Source: the human T2T-CHM13v2.0 reference genome, Homo sapiens. Taken from it: a DNA stretch of 64,000 nt. A program made the position numbers and the translations under genes. Below the pieces are notes generated by a model, which worked only from the letters and a program-made list of their open reading frames with translations, did not search any database and was not told the DNA's origin. Location of the stretch: the NCBI RefSeq assembly GCF_009914755.1, contig NC_060930.1; one strand, 5' to 3'. This document shows positions 15,023-29,032 of this stretch, in pieces (the first letter of the stretch is position 1; every line of letters begins with the position of its first letter).

Positions 15023-15113
15023 CTGACTCATGGCTGTATCTGGCCTAATATTGTTCTGGTTAATCCATCTCTGACTCATGGCCATATCTGGCCTAATATT
15101 GTTCTGGTTAATC
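15023..15113. repeat. Tandem duplication of 43 nt, period 48
   Basis: ctgactcatggc(tg/ca)tatctggcctaatattgttctggttaatc occurs at 15023 and 15071. Confidence 0.95.
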
Positions 15114-15924
15114 GAGCCCAGCCCATGGTGGGTTCTTGTGACTGTACCATTCAGTGGGTGATACTAAGTTTACCTTTAGAGAACTGCAAACAGCAATTAA
15201 TTAGCTAATAGAACAACAAAAGGCCCCATATCCTGTAGCCAATTGAAGATCTGAGTTTAATCAGACCAGTGCTTCAAAATGGGTAGAGCCTTGGGTTTCA
15301 TTTTCTGTCACTTTTTCTTTCTCTTTCATGTTTCTCTCTCGCCCTCTCCACAGCTGTCCTTTGCATGTGAGTTTCTGCTGGATCCTTTCATGTGTGATGC
15401 CCTTTCCCCTTTTTCTTCTTTTTATCGATGTCCTTTTCTCCTGTTCTACTTCTAGCCCTTTCAAGCTTCATCTTTCCTTTCCTAATTTCCCCCACATGCC
15501 ACTCTTTTTTTGCTGGCTACAATTTGGAACTGTGCAGTTTAAATATTTATTTATTTTGTTTTGTTTTTACTCTTTCTAATTTGGATATTAGGTTTTGCTT
15601 CATCTGTGTTTTTTTTCTCTTACTCAGTCAATAACCATATCTCCAAACTAAATTAACGTTACTAAAGTGGGGAATTTCCCCTTCCTATATTCTCATAAGT
15701 GATTGAGCATCTGTCCTCATATAGGACTTGCTGCCTTGGAGGGGAGGGGCCAGACCTGGGAAAAAGAGGAGCCATGAATAACTCTGCTTCCTACATTTGG
15801 CTTCTTCTCTTCCTCCATATCCATGATTTATATATGTGAAGGAAGAACAAGAAATAACTTAATAGGCCATTTGTCAATGAGAGTACAGTGTAGGAAGGGT
15901 GGAAAGTGAATATAAAATCTAGAT

Positions 15925-18900
15925 TGGGGCTTCTGGTTTCCTGTTCAGCCTATAAGGAGCTTAGAATTTGCCACTCAGTCTTGACAACAAGTAAAATGCT
16001 GAACAAACTGAAAAATCAATAATTCTTCTCAGATCCATAAGAGAAGTGAGATTACAGGGCAAACTACTACCTTCAGCATCACCCCGCACCCCCAACCCCA
16101 CTAAATAGAAAGACAGGAGAATACAGAGAATCATAACACAGACGCAGAAACCTCCTTGAGAGAGCCAGGGTAGATAAACATGAACTGTAATTGATGAATT
16201 CCTGGAGGATCACTGTGGATGACCTGAAGGATTAAAAACTCTAGAGGGACTCACTCAAAGGAGGGCCCAAGCTTTTGTGATTTTTTTTTTTTTTTTTTTT
16301 TTTTTTGCCACCTGAAGCTCTACAAGGTTCCAAAGGTGAATATTAAGGAAAATCCCTCATGCTCTGGCAGCCAGAGGGGAAAAGGAACAATTTTGAAATA
16401 TGCCAGAATATCGTTCTTAACAATGTCTGCCCTCAGGAGAAGATGTTTAACCAGAGCCTAATCTTCTGGGGTTTTCTGAGAGCCTCATTGATCTGGGGGA
16501 AGGGAAATACCAACTCCAGCCCCTTCTAGCCTTCCAAGTGGAGAAAGAGAAACACCAAATTCTAGCCTCCTCTAGCTTTCAACTTGGAAGAAGGGAAATA
16601 CCCAGCTCCAGCCCCCTCTAGCCTTTCTCCCCTAGTTCAGAGGAGAGGGATAGAGAAGCATTTGTGAAGTTCACCGTTTAGAGACATAGGTTCACTAAAA
16701 GACTGAGAGCTACTCATAGAACCACAGAATGCCTTCCCTCCCCCAACACCTCACCACCACATTACTAAAGGTCTATTTATAGCAGTTCCGTTTACCCAGT
16801 ACACCATGTCCACCTATCAAGAAAAAATTACAAGACATACTAAAAGCCAAAACACACACACACACACACACAGTTGAAGAGACAGAGTAAGCATCAGAAC
16901 TAAATTCAGATATGGCAGGGATGTTGGAATGATCAGGCTAAGAATGTAAAACAACTATGCCAAGAAGTCTGATGCATAAAGTAGCATGCAAGAACAGTTG
17001 GGCTATGTAAGTAGAGAGATGGAAATTCTAAAAAAAGAAACCAAATGAAATGCTAGAGATCAAAAACACTGTAACAGAAATGAAAAACGTTGTTACTGGG
17101 CTTATTAGGAGATTGGGCATAGCTGAGGAAAGAATCTCTGGCCTTGAGGATATCCCAGTAGAAACCTCCAAAACTGAAAAAAAAAAAAAAAAAAAACCCA
17201 CACACACAATAACAACCACCTGAAAAAGCAGAACAGAATGTTCAATAACTGTGGGACAATTACAAAAGATATAATATATGTGTAATAGGAATACCAAAAG
17301 GAGAATAAAGAGAGCGAGAAATAGAAAAAATATTTTAAACAATAATGACTGAGAATTTTTCAAAATTAATGGCAGACACCACAGATCCAGGAAACTCAAA
17401 GGAAATCAAGCAAGATAAACATAAAAAAGTATACCTAGTTATATCGTAGTCAAACTACAGAAAGCCAAAGATAAAGGAAAAATTCTGAAAGAAGAGTGGG
17501 GGGATAATGTCTTACTATAGTAAAAGAGCAATGATAAAAATTACACCCTACTTCTTTTCAGAAACCAGGTAAGCAAGAAGAAAGTGGAATACTTAAAGTG
17601 TCAAGAAAAAAAATCCAATCTAGAATTCTATACTGTGCAAAGTTATCATTTAAAAGTGAAGGAGAAATAAAGACTTTGTTAGACAAAAATTGAGGGAATT
17701 TGATGCCTTGTAATAAATGTTAAAAGAAATTATTTAGAGAGAATGAAAATGATCTAGGTTAGAAATCCAGATCTACATAAAGGAAAGGCATTGGAGAGGA
17801 ATAAGCAATTGAGAATATGTTTCTTATTCTCAGTTGATCTAACAGATAATAGTTTATTCAAAATAATAGCAACAATGTGTTTGGTTGTGTATGTTTATAT
17901 ATATAAGCATACATAAGCATATATAGAGTATTTTTTGTTATAAGGTACTCATACTACTCATGAAGTGATACAGTGTTATTTGAAAGTGGATTTGAATTAG
18001 TTATAAATGTATATTGTAAACTCTAAAGCAACTACTAAAAAAAGATTTTTTTTAAAAAAGCATGACTGATATGCTAAAATGAGGAAAATGTGGAATCCTA
18101 TAAACTGCTGTTCAATGAAACCACAAAAGCCAGGAAAAAGTGTGGAATACAAACATAAGAATAAAAAATAAGGGAAACAAATAGAAGATGATAACAAATA
18201 CGGTAGACATTAATCCAACCATGCCAATACTCACTTTAAATGTAAGATGGTCTAAATGAGCCAACTAAAAGACAGAGATTTTCACAGTGGATCAACAAAC
18301 AAGACCCAACCATATATGTTGTCTACAAGAAATCCACTTTCAATATACAGACACATATACACTAATAGTAAATGGATGGAGAAAACTATACCATGATAGC
18401 AGTAATCAAAGTAAAGCAGAAGTAGCTATACTATTATCAGCAGAGCAGACTTCAGAGGAAGGAAAGTTATCAGGGATAAAAACGGGCATTATATAATGAC
18501 AAAGGGGTCAATTCTCCAAGAAGCCAATAATCCTTAATATCTATGTGTTTAGTAGCAGAGCACAAAATTATAAGAGGCAAAAACTGTGATAAAACTGGAA
18601 TGAGAAATAGATTAATCCACGATTTCACTGGAGACTTCAACATCCCTTTGTTGGAAATGGTCAGATTCAACAGGTAAAAAACCTATAAAGATATAATTGA
18701 ACTCAACAGCATCATCAATCAACTGTATCTAATTTTCCTCTTTAGACAACCTTATCTAACAACAGCAGACTTAACATTTTTTTCAAGTTCTAATGAAATA
18801 TTCACATGCAATATTCAAGATAAATCACATTCTGGGCCATAAAACATATATTAGCAAATTTGAAGAAATAAAAATTATACAATCTCTGCTCCCAGAACAT

Positions 18901-21900
18901 AGTGGAATTAAACTAGAAATTCATAACAGAAGGATAGATGGAAAATCCCCAAATACTTGGGGATGAAACAACACATCTATAGTAACACATAGGTCAAAGA
19001 AGAAATCTCAAGAGTAATTAAAAAGTATAGTAAACAAAATGAAAATGAAAACACTCAAGACTTTTGGAATGCAACAGAAACAATGTTTAAAGGGAAATTT
19101 ATAGCATTGAATACATATATTAGAAAAGAGGAAATATATAAAATCAATAATCTAAGCTTTCACCTTAGGAAACTGGAGAAGAGCAAATTAAACCCAAGGC
19201 AAGTAGAAGAAAAAAAAATACAAATTGGAGCAGAAATCGATAAAATTAGAAACAGGAAATCAAGGGAGAAAATAAAACCAAAAGCTGGTTATTTGAAACG
19301 ATTAAAAAAAATCAATAAGCCTCCAGTCAGACTAAGAAAAAAGAAAGAGGAGAGAGAGAGAGGTTGAAGACATAAATTACTAATATTAGAAATAAAAGAG
19401 GGGACATTTTGACGGATCCCATGGACATTAACAGGATAATAAAGAAATACTATGAACACTCTGTGTTCACAAATTTGATAACCTACATGAAATGGACCAA
19501 TTCCTTGAAAGATTACAATCTGCCAAAACTCACCCAAGATTATATAGACAATCTGAATAGGGCTATATCTATTAAATAAATTGAATCAATAGTTAATTAC
19601 TTTTCAAAACAGGAAGCACCAGGCCCAGATGGGTTCACAGGTGAATTTGCCAAACGTTTAGAGAAGAAACTCTACCAATTCCCTAAAAGCTCTTTCCAAA
19701 GATAGAAGTAGAGGGATTGCTTTCTAACTTATTCTGAGACCAGCATTACTTTAATACCTAAATTGGACAGACATTACAACAAAAGAAAACTACAGACTAA
19801 TATATTTCATGAACATAAGTGCAAAAATCCTCAACAAAAATTTGCAAGTAGAATCCAATAGTGTATAAAAAAAATTATACACCACAACCAAATACTGTAG
19901 CATACCAAGTGTGTAGTATCCCAAGTATGTAAAACTGGTTCAGCATTCTAAAGTCAATTAATGTCATCCATCACATCGACAAACTAAGGAAGAAAAAATG
20001 ACATGATCATATCAATAGATACAGACAAAGTATTTGTCAAAATCCAACATCTATATATGACAAAAGCTCTCAGTAAACTAGAAATATAGGGGAACTTCCT
20101 CAACTTGATAAGGAATGTCTATTAAAAAAACTACAGTTAACATCATACTTAATGACGATAAACTGTACAGAAGCTTTCTCACTAAGATCAGAAACAAGCC
20201 AAATATGTCATCTCTAATAACTTCTTTTCAATGCCATGCTAGAAGCCCTCGCTAATACAATAAATAAGACAAGTAAAGAAAATAACAGGTATACTGATTG
20301 GAAAGGAAGAAATAAAAACTGTCTTTGTTCACAGATGTCATGATTGTCTATGTAGAAAATCAAAAGAATTAACAACAACAACAACCAAAAAAAAAACTCC
20401 TGAAACTAATAAGTGAGTATAGTGAAGTTGCAGGGTACAAGGCTAATACACAAAAGTCAACTGCTTTCCTATGTACCAACAATGAACAAGTAGGATTTGA
20501 ATTTAAACACATAATGCCATTTACATTAGCACCACAAGAATACACAACACTTAGATATAAATCTAACAACATATGTACAAGATTTATGTGAGGAAAAGTG
20601 CAAAACTCTAATGAAAGAAATTAGAGATGATCTAAATAAATGGAGAGATATTCAACATTCATGGATAGGAAGACTCAATATTGTCAAGATGTCAGTTCTT
20701 CCCAACTTGATGTATATATTCAATACAATACTAATCAAAATCCTACAGAGTTATTTTGTGGATATTGACAAACTAGTTCTAAAGTTTATATGTAGAGACA
20801 AAAGACCCAGAATAGCCAACGCAGTACTGAAGGAGAAGAACAAAGCCAGAGGACTGGCACTACTTAACGTCAAGACTTACCGTAAAGCGACAGTAATCAC
20901 GACAGTGTGGTATTTGTGAAAGAATAGACCTCTACCAATAGTTCAGTGGAATAAAATAGAGGGCCTAGAAATAGACCCACATAAATATAGTCAACTGACC
21001 TTTGACAAAGCAGAAAACAAAAGGTACTGGAACAACTGGACAACCACATGCAAAAAAAAAAAAAAAATGAATCTAGACACAGACCTTACACCCTTTAAAA
21101 AAAATGGATCACAGACCTAAATGTAAAATACAAAACTGTAAAACTCCTAGAGGATGGGATAGGAAAAAAATCTAGATGACCTTTTAGATACAACACCGAA
21201 AGCATAATCCATGAAAAAAAGAACTGATAAGCTGGACTTCATTAAAACTGAAATTTTCTTGTTGTGAGAGAGACATTATCAAGAGAACAAATGAAATGAC
21301 AAGACACAGACTGGGAGAAAATATTAACAAAAGGCAAATATTTGATAAAGAACTGTTATCCAAAATATATAAAGAACTCTTAAAACACAACAATAAGAAA
21401 ATAAACAACCCAACTAAAAAGCGGGCCAAAGATCTTAACAGATAGCTCACCAAAGAGAGTATACAGATGATAATAAGCATATGAAATGATGCTCTACGTC
21501 ATATATCATCAGGGAAATGCCCATTAAAACAGCAGTGAGATACCACTACATATCTATTAGAATGGCCAAAATCCAGAACAATGCCAACACCAAATGCTGA
21601 CTAGGATGTGGAACAACAGGAATTCTCATTCATTGCTGGTGAGAATGCAAAATGAAAGGTGACTTTAGATGACAAAATTCTTACACATTTTTGTAATTCT
21701 TACAAAATTAAACATACTTTTACTAAATGATCCAGCAATTGTACTCCTTGGTATTCCAATTCCAACCCAAAAAAGTTGAAAACTCATGTTCACCCAAAAA
21801 CCTACACATACATGTTTATAGCAGCTTTCTTCATAATTGCCAAAACTTGGAAGCAACCAAGATGCCCTTCCATAGGTGAATGGACAAACTGTGATACATC

Positions 21901-22380
21901 CAGACTATGGAATATTATTCCATGCTGAAAAGAAATGAGCTATCAAGCTATGAAAATACATAGAGGAAACGTAAGTACTTATTACTAAATGAAGAAACTG
22001 ATCTGGAAAGGCTACATACTATAAGATTTTAACTATATGACATTTTGGAAAAAGCAAAACTATGGAGACAGTAAAAAAAAGGATCAGTGGTTGCTAGAGG
22101 GTGGGGAGAGGGAGGGATGAACAGGCAGAGCACAGAGGATTTTTAGAGCAGAGAAACTATTCTGTTAGATACTTTAATGGTGGATACGTGTCATTATACA
22201 CATGTCAAAACACATAGAATTTGCAACATCAAGAGTGAACCCAAATGTAAACTGTGGACATTGGGTGATTATGATGTGTCCCTGTAGGTTCGTCAATTGC
22301 AGCAAGTGTACCACTCCCATGGGGAATGTTAACAAGGAGTATGCTGTGCATGTGTAGGGGCAGGGGACAGAGTCCACTAA
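15925..22380 (+). mobile_element. Near full-length degenerate L1M (L1MC-like 3' end) LINE, sense to the gene, in intron 2
   Basis: Broken ORF2 remnants appear in ORFs 18287.. (EN-like), 19083.. and 20611.. (LNKWRDIQHSWIGRLNIVKMSVLP). A-rich + strand and an L1MC-type 3' UTR (gtgaacccaaatgtaaactgtggacattggg). Confidence 0.88.
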
Positions 22381-23051
22381 AAAAAATTTTAGATAAACTA
22401 AGGCTACTTCCATCTCTACTCTGCTGACTCAAGCAAGATGCTATATGTACATATTTTATGGAAATTTTTATGAAAAGATGTAATAGAATCAAATCTCTTA
22501 ATGGACATTGATAGCAAACATTTACCAGACAATAATTTGACACCACTATGCTGAACCAATTCACACCAGTCTCTCAGAATGTTGTGCATGTTACCTTGTT
22601 CCTTTTCCTAAACTATTTAATAACACATATGCCAATGGTGAAAATAAAATACAAAATTTAAGAACAACTGACATTGGCTGTGAACTTTGTAGTTTATAAA
22701 ACACTTTCACATTAACATCTCATTTGATCCTCTCTACAACCTCCCTCTAGAAAAAGGTGGGAATAAACAAAAACAAGCAAGCAAAACCTTCGTTTTGAAG
22801 ACCTTAGGAATTAGCCCAAGGTTTTATGACTGGTAGATGGTTGAGGTGAGATTCAAGGCAAGGCCTTCTGGCCATAACACACCATTCCTTCTTCTTTCTG
22901 CCTCTCTGTCCTTATGACTTGACACATAAAAAATGCTAGAAAGTGTCACATCTGTACCACCGGGGAGACTCTGTGTGAAACAATAGTGTCAAGGAGGGTC
23001 ATCTTTTCAGAAACTGCAATCACAAAGGATGCATTCTGTACTTTAAATTTT

Positions 23052-23095
23052 GTAATTCCAGCCTAGGCAACATAGGGACACCCTGTCTCTACAAA
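23052..23095 (+). mobile_element. Short Alu/FLAM fragment
   Basis: ccagcctaggcaacatagggacaccctgtctctacaaaa. Confidence 0.7.
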
Positions 23096-23225
23096 ACATC
23101 TTTAAAATAAAATGATATAATGTAATACAGTATAATATGGTATGATATAATATTTTATGTTATATTTTCCCATTGTGTTGAAGAAAATGTTTAAGGTGAG
23201 CTCTTTTCCTGTCTTTCTCAAAAAG

Positions 23226-23380
23226 GTATGGCAGGATCGTCATTTACTTGCTATCCTGCCTTGGTGTTGGCGTCACTGGGGTTGTGGTGGCCTTTGCACC
23301 AAACTTCCCTGTGTTTGTGATCTTCCGCTTCCTGCAAGGTGTATTTGGAAAGGGGACGTGGATGACTTGCTACGTGATTG
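23226..23380 (+). CDS. SLC22A3: SLC22A3 exon 3 (155 nt; [13 protein letters not shown]...GTWMTCYVI)
   Basis: Acceptor ctttctcaaaaag|GTATGG and donor GATTG|gtaaga. Overlaps ORF 23248..23430, and the frame continues from exon 2. Confidence 0.98.
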
Positions 23381-24937
23381 GTAAGACATTCTTACACCAT
23401 CTTCTCTATTTGGAAACTAGGGCCAGATAGCCAACAAATGCTAGTTAATCAACCTTCCTCTTCCTCATGTGTCCTTTAACAAAGGAGGTTTCACTGCAGC
23501 TACAGTAATTATTTCTGCAGATGGGAGAGCTCAGAGGTAGGATTCTGAGTGCTTTAGAAACTAAAATACCACCTTACTTTGGGAGCCAAATATAGAATAT
23601 TATAAAGCACTGGGGCAAACTACTTTTATGTACTTCTACACTGTTATAATATGGTTTCTAGCTTTGCTTTATAAGAAATTAATTTTTATAAAATCTCAGT
23701 AGCTTCTTGAGGCATTTTTGAGGCATTTTTAAAGCATTTTCTCTGCACTGTGTTATGTGATACAGTTTGAGATTACTTTCCTGTGTTGCCAACTCTCCTC
23801 TTTCTGTACAAGTGGGAAACTTTTTACTATGGGAGAAATAGGTTCTAAAAATGAGAAGTTCATTTGTGACCCTTGGATACCTTCTATAGCCAGAAAGTTT
23901 GACCTTCTGGTGATGGAAGAAAGAAAAAGTTCACTTTACTTTTTTCTCATGTCCCTTGGGAAAGCCCTGGCTACTCCTTTTGGTTCCATTTCTAGCTTGG
24001 GACCAGCCACTTACTTTAAGAGTAGTGGTGGATTTCTGACCAGGAAAATGTGAATTCTCATCTTAGATTATTGCTGCAGATCTTTGCACTTCCACTCTCC
24101 TCTGTCACTGCTATACAATCTCCAAGCAGTGCGCATTTTGGAGACCCCTGAAGACCTTTCTGTGAGTGGGAGAAGGAGAGAAGATGATTAGAGGGATTGG
24201 TTGTCACTGTCTGGAACAGAAGGAGTAACATTGGAAGGCAAGGCATTTTTAAGGAGACTCAGCCTAGGTGAATCTTCAAAGTTGTGATCTGAGGGCAACA
24301 ATAAAGTAGCCTATCCCAGGATAATCAGAATATGAGAAACCAATTAGTGGGAAGGGGCAGGAAAGGAAAAGATTTCAGCAATAAAATTTCCCATGTGATT
24401 TTTAGAGCATATCCTGTCAATGAAAAGTATAACACTGTGGAGAGAATTATCATTTAATAGAAGTTGTCTTGTGATAACGAAAAGTCTTTGTAGAGTCTTA
24501 TATTTATAATGAATCTTCTAAGGAGACTAGAATGTGCATATCTCTAGAGATACAGTGATAAAATGTAGCCATCTTAACATATTTATGTTTTGATAATTAC
24601 AATTACCTTTTAAAATAATCATCACTGAAGCTTTCCTAAAACCAACACAGATATTCTTCGTATTTCCCTACTGTACCCAGAAGAGTGCTGGTCTGGGTGC
24701 ATAAGAGGAACATGGCAAGTGCCTGTGATAAATGGCAGAGGTGAGAGTGGGAGAAAAGCATTTAGTATCAAGAAGGACACCTCCATCCTTTCTGCAAGTG
24801 TGGAAGCCTCCGTATCTGAGTGCTAGCGTGTTCTAGCAATGCTGATGGATGTAACAGGTGTAACATCTCTGTATTTGTTTGTTTATTTTGGAGCTGACCT
24901 TGTGCTTCTGTGACCTCTTGTGTTTGTTTTCCTTTAG

Positions 24938-25106
24938 TGACAGAAATAGTAGGTTCGAAACAAAGGAGGATTGTGGGAATCGTGATTCAAATGTTCTTTA
25001 CCCTTGGAATCATAATTCTCCCTGGAATTGCCTACTTCATCCCCAACTGGCAAGGAATCCAGTTAGCCATCACGCTGCCCAGCTTTCTCTTCCTCCTTTA
25101 TTACTG
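24938..25106 (+). CDS. SLC22A3: SLC22A3 exon 4 (169 nt; [10 protein letters not shown]...FLLYYW)
   Basis: Acceptor tttcctttag|TGACAG and donor TACTG|gtaatg. Overlaps ORF 24910..25110. Confidence 0.98.
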
Positions 25107-25200
25107 GTAATGTGGTTTTGGTTATCATCATATTTATACTGATTCTGCAGAAATTAGACTCCAAACAGACATGAAAATGAAAGCAATAAAGAAAATTTTC

Positions 25201-25830
25201 TTTTTTTTTTTTTTTTTTTATTATACTCTAAGTTTTAGGGTACATGTGCACATTGTGCAGGTTAGTTACATATGTATACATGTGCCACGCTGGTGCGCTG
25301 CACCCACTAATGTGTCATCTAGCATTAGGTATATCTCCCAATGCTATCCCTCCCCCCTCCCCCGACCCCACCACAGTCCCCAGAGTGTGATATTCCCCTT
25401 CCTGTGTCCATGTGATCTCATTGTTCAATTCCCACCTATGAGTGAGAATATGCGGTGTTTGGTTTTTTGTTCTTGCGATAGTTTACTGAGAATGATGGTT
25501 TCCAATTTCATCCATGTCCCTACAAAGGATATGAACTCATCATTTTTTATGGCTGCATAGTATTCCATGGTGTATATGTGCCACATTTTCTTAATCCAGT
25601 CTATCATTGTTGGACATTTGGGTTGGTTCCAAGTCTTTGCTATTGTGAATAGTGCCGCAATAAACATACGTGTGCATGTGTCTTTATAGCAGCATGATTT
25701 ATACTCATTTGGGTATATACCCAGTAATGGGATGGCTGGGTCAAATGGTATTTCTAGTTCTAGATCCCTGAGGAATCGCCACACTGACTTCCACAATGGT
25801 TGAACTAGTTTACAGTCCCACCAACAGTGT
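25201..25830 (-). mobile_element. L1HS Ta-subset, 5'-truncated (~630 nt), antisense in intron 4
   Basis: The minus strand reads GATGAC-ACA-TTAG (Ta diagnostic) and AAAACTTA-G-AGTATAATAAA (L1HS diagnostic G). Pure T19 tract. The ORF2 C-terminus is intact (ORF 25425..25796). Confidence 0.93.
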
Positions 25831-26143
25831 TTTCAAACATCTCTAAAATGGCTACATGCTTTGAGAATTTTTAGAGAATTTTAGGATTTAAAGAGAGTAT
25901 TTGTTGATGATTTTATTAATAATTGTGAAGAAAAATGAATTAATAAAATACCAGAACGCAAAATTTTAAGTAGGGTACTGCATTATGTTTTGTTTTGTAA
26001 TAAATAGCTTCATGAAAACTATAAAGTAACCAACCATATCTGCCAGTATTTCAACATGCAAATTAAATGCAATGAAGTCTATTTGTTTCTCTGTGTGTTC
26101 TATAAAGCAAATGAATATTACTCAGAAATTCTCTGAGGAATAA

Positions 26144-26502
<359 letters not shown>

Positions 26503-26914
26503 AGCATTTGATTTTTATTGGAATGAACATGTTTTAATGATTCTTCTAATTTAATTTTAATATATGGGCAAGTCAGTTTACATAAATCAGATTCCTAAGC
26601 TTTTCTTAATATTTACTAAATCCCAATTCTTTTCATATATGGAATCAATATATTGTAAGATAGCCTGGTTTTGCAAGAGCAATGTCATGTTGATTATTTT
26701 GATGAGCAATGATCCAATTATCAAGCTAGCATTTTTCCCCATCCATTATAACCTTGCAGGAATAATCTGTATTTCAGGGACCTATTATCAACTCTTATTG
26801 ACTCCTAAATGTATATCTAATTGCAAGATCCATTTTGATAGAAAAACTCAAGGCAATAGATTTTAGCGTTTGAAATTCCTAGACATAACTCACAACAGCC
26901 TCCTTCTTTGCCAG

Positions 26915-27032
26915 GGTGGTCCCTGAGTCTCCCCGTTGGCTGATTACTCGGAAGAAAGGAGATAAAGCATTACAGATCCTGAGACGCATTGCTAAGTGCA
27001 ATGGGAAATACCTCTCATCAAATTACTCAGAG
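26915..27032 (+). CDS. SLC22A3: SLC22A3 exon 5 (118 nt; [39 protein letters not shown])
   Basis: Acceptor ctttgccag|GGTGGT and donor CAGAG|gtaatt. Contains the SLC22 signature PESPRWL. Confidence 0.98.
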
Positions 27033-27640
27033 GTAATTTCTTTCAGTATGAGTAACAAATATTGCTAAAGCTGGTGAATTGATTTTGTTGCTTCTTGTGT
27101 ACTTAATGTTGCTTCTTAAATTTATATACAAAATATGCATATTATATATATATATGTATGTATGTATATATGTATACACACACACACACACTACCAAACA
27201 TCTGGGAAATCATTTTCAGTTTGACTTAACTGAAAAAAATCTAGGGAAAAATCATAGGACATATTAAAGAAGAAATGATTATGAAGCTCTATTAGCATTA
27301 TAGGCAAGGTTAATTGATCATTTCAGTACATATTTTAATAATTGCACCAAGTTACTTGAATTATTATACTTTACTTACTGTAAGCCCCATAATATTGAAT
27401 CATTCATCTTGATTGTACAAACTGTAAAACTTTTTTTGACTTTTAATTTAAATCTTTAAGTTTGGCCCTGAAAAAAAATCTGTTTATTCATACCAGAGCT
27501 TGAGCAGTAATGTAATATTTCAGCCTCTAAACTCCTATATGCTGGTCTTTCTCCCTTTCTTCTTTTCTTCCTCCATTCCTTCCTTCTTCCAAGAAAGGCT
27601 TTTTGGATGCCTCTGCATCAGTGTACCAAGAAATAGGGGA

Positions 27641-27950
27641 GGGCCGGGTGTAATGGCTCACTCCTATAATCCCAGTGCTTTGGGAGGCTGAGGTGGGAGG
27701 ATTGCTTGAGCCTAGAATTCTAGACCAGCCTGGGCAACATAGCAAGACCCCATCTCTACAAATAGAAAGTTTTAAAAACTATGTGGGCATGGTGGCACGC
27801 ACCTGTTGTCTCAGCTACTCAGGAGGCTGAAGCAGGAGGATCATTTGAGCCCAGGACTTTGAGACTGCAGTGAGCCATGATCACACCACTGCCCTCCAGC
27901 CTAGGAGACAGATCAAGATGCTGTCTCTAAAAAAGATTTTAAAAAAATGA
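27641..27950 (+). mobile_element. AluJ-type SINE
   Basis: gggaggattgcttgagcc and ggaggatcatttgagcccagg are J-type features. Confidence 0.92.
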
Positions 27951-28265
27951 AATGGGACAAAAATTAAAAGCTTTTGCCCTTTGGAATATTTGATATGCAC
28001 TTGAGGATATAACATATATTTAAAGCAACCCATAAATAATTAGAGAATAGCATATAAAGAAAAATATGATGATGTTTTAGCTCCAAAGACTAAGTGACTA
28101 CAGAATAACAGAAAGGTTGTTATAAAAGGAATGTTAGAGAAGAATTTTTGGATGATATGAATCTTGATTTAAGACTAGGTTGTCAACATTGTTTTCTTCA
28201 TAGCATTCAGTTTGATTTCACAGGAACCTTCTGATAAGAACGTTCTGATAAGAACTGGGTTTTGG

Positions 28266-28646
<381 letters not shown>

Positions 28647-29032
28647 TTAAGTGGCAAGCAGTAGGCTCTTTTCCAAAGGTTTCAACTGAACAGATGTCAC
28701 TGGTGCAATGGTGCAAGTACATTAATGATGTACCTTGAGGTTTACAGATCATAAAATGTGTGGTAAAGATAAAGCATGATCTTTTTAAACCACTATGATT
28801 AGTCCATCCTTGTCACTTTTTGAGTGAACACATTTGAGCTGTGTGTTCCTTTTAGGGAAAAATAATATACCCCTGTTTCCCAGCTTGCACTCATCCATTG
28901 TCTATAGTCCTCATAGCCAGGTCAAAGATCTGATCATTTGTATTCAATTTTAATCATCCAGTGAATAATCTCTGCTCTTTTGCACACATAGTCCAGAGGT
29001 AAGTCCAAGGTTTTGATCTTGATTTAAAGGTC

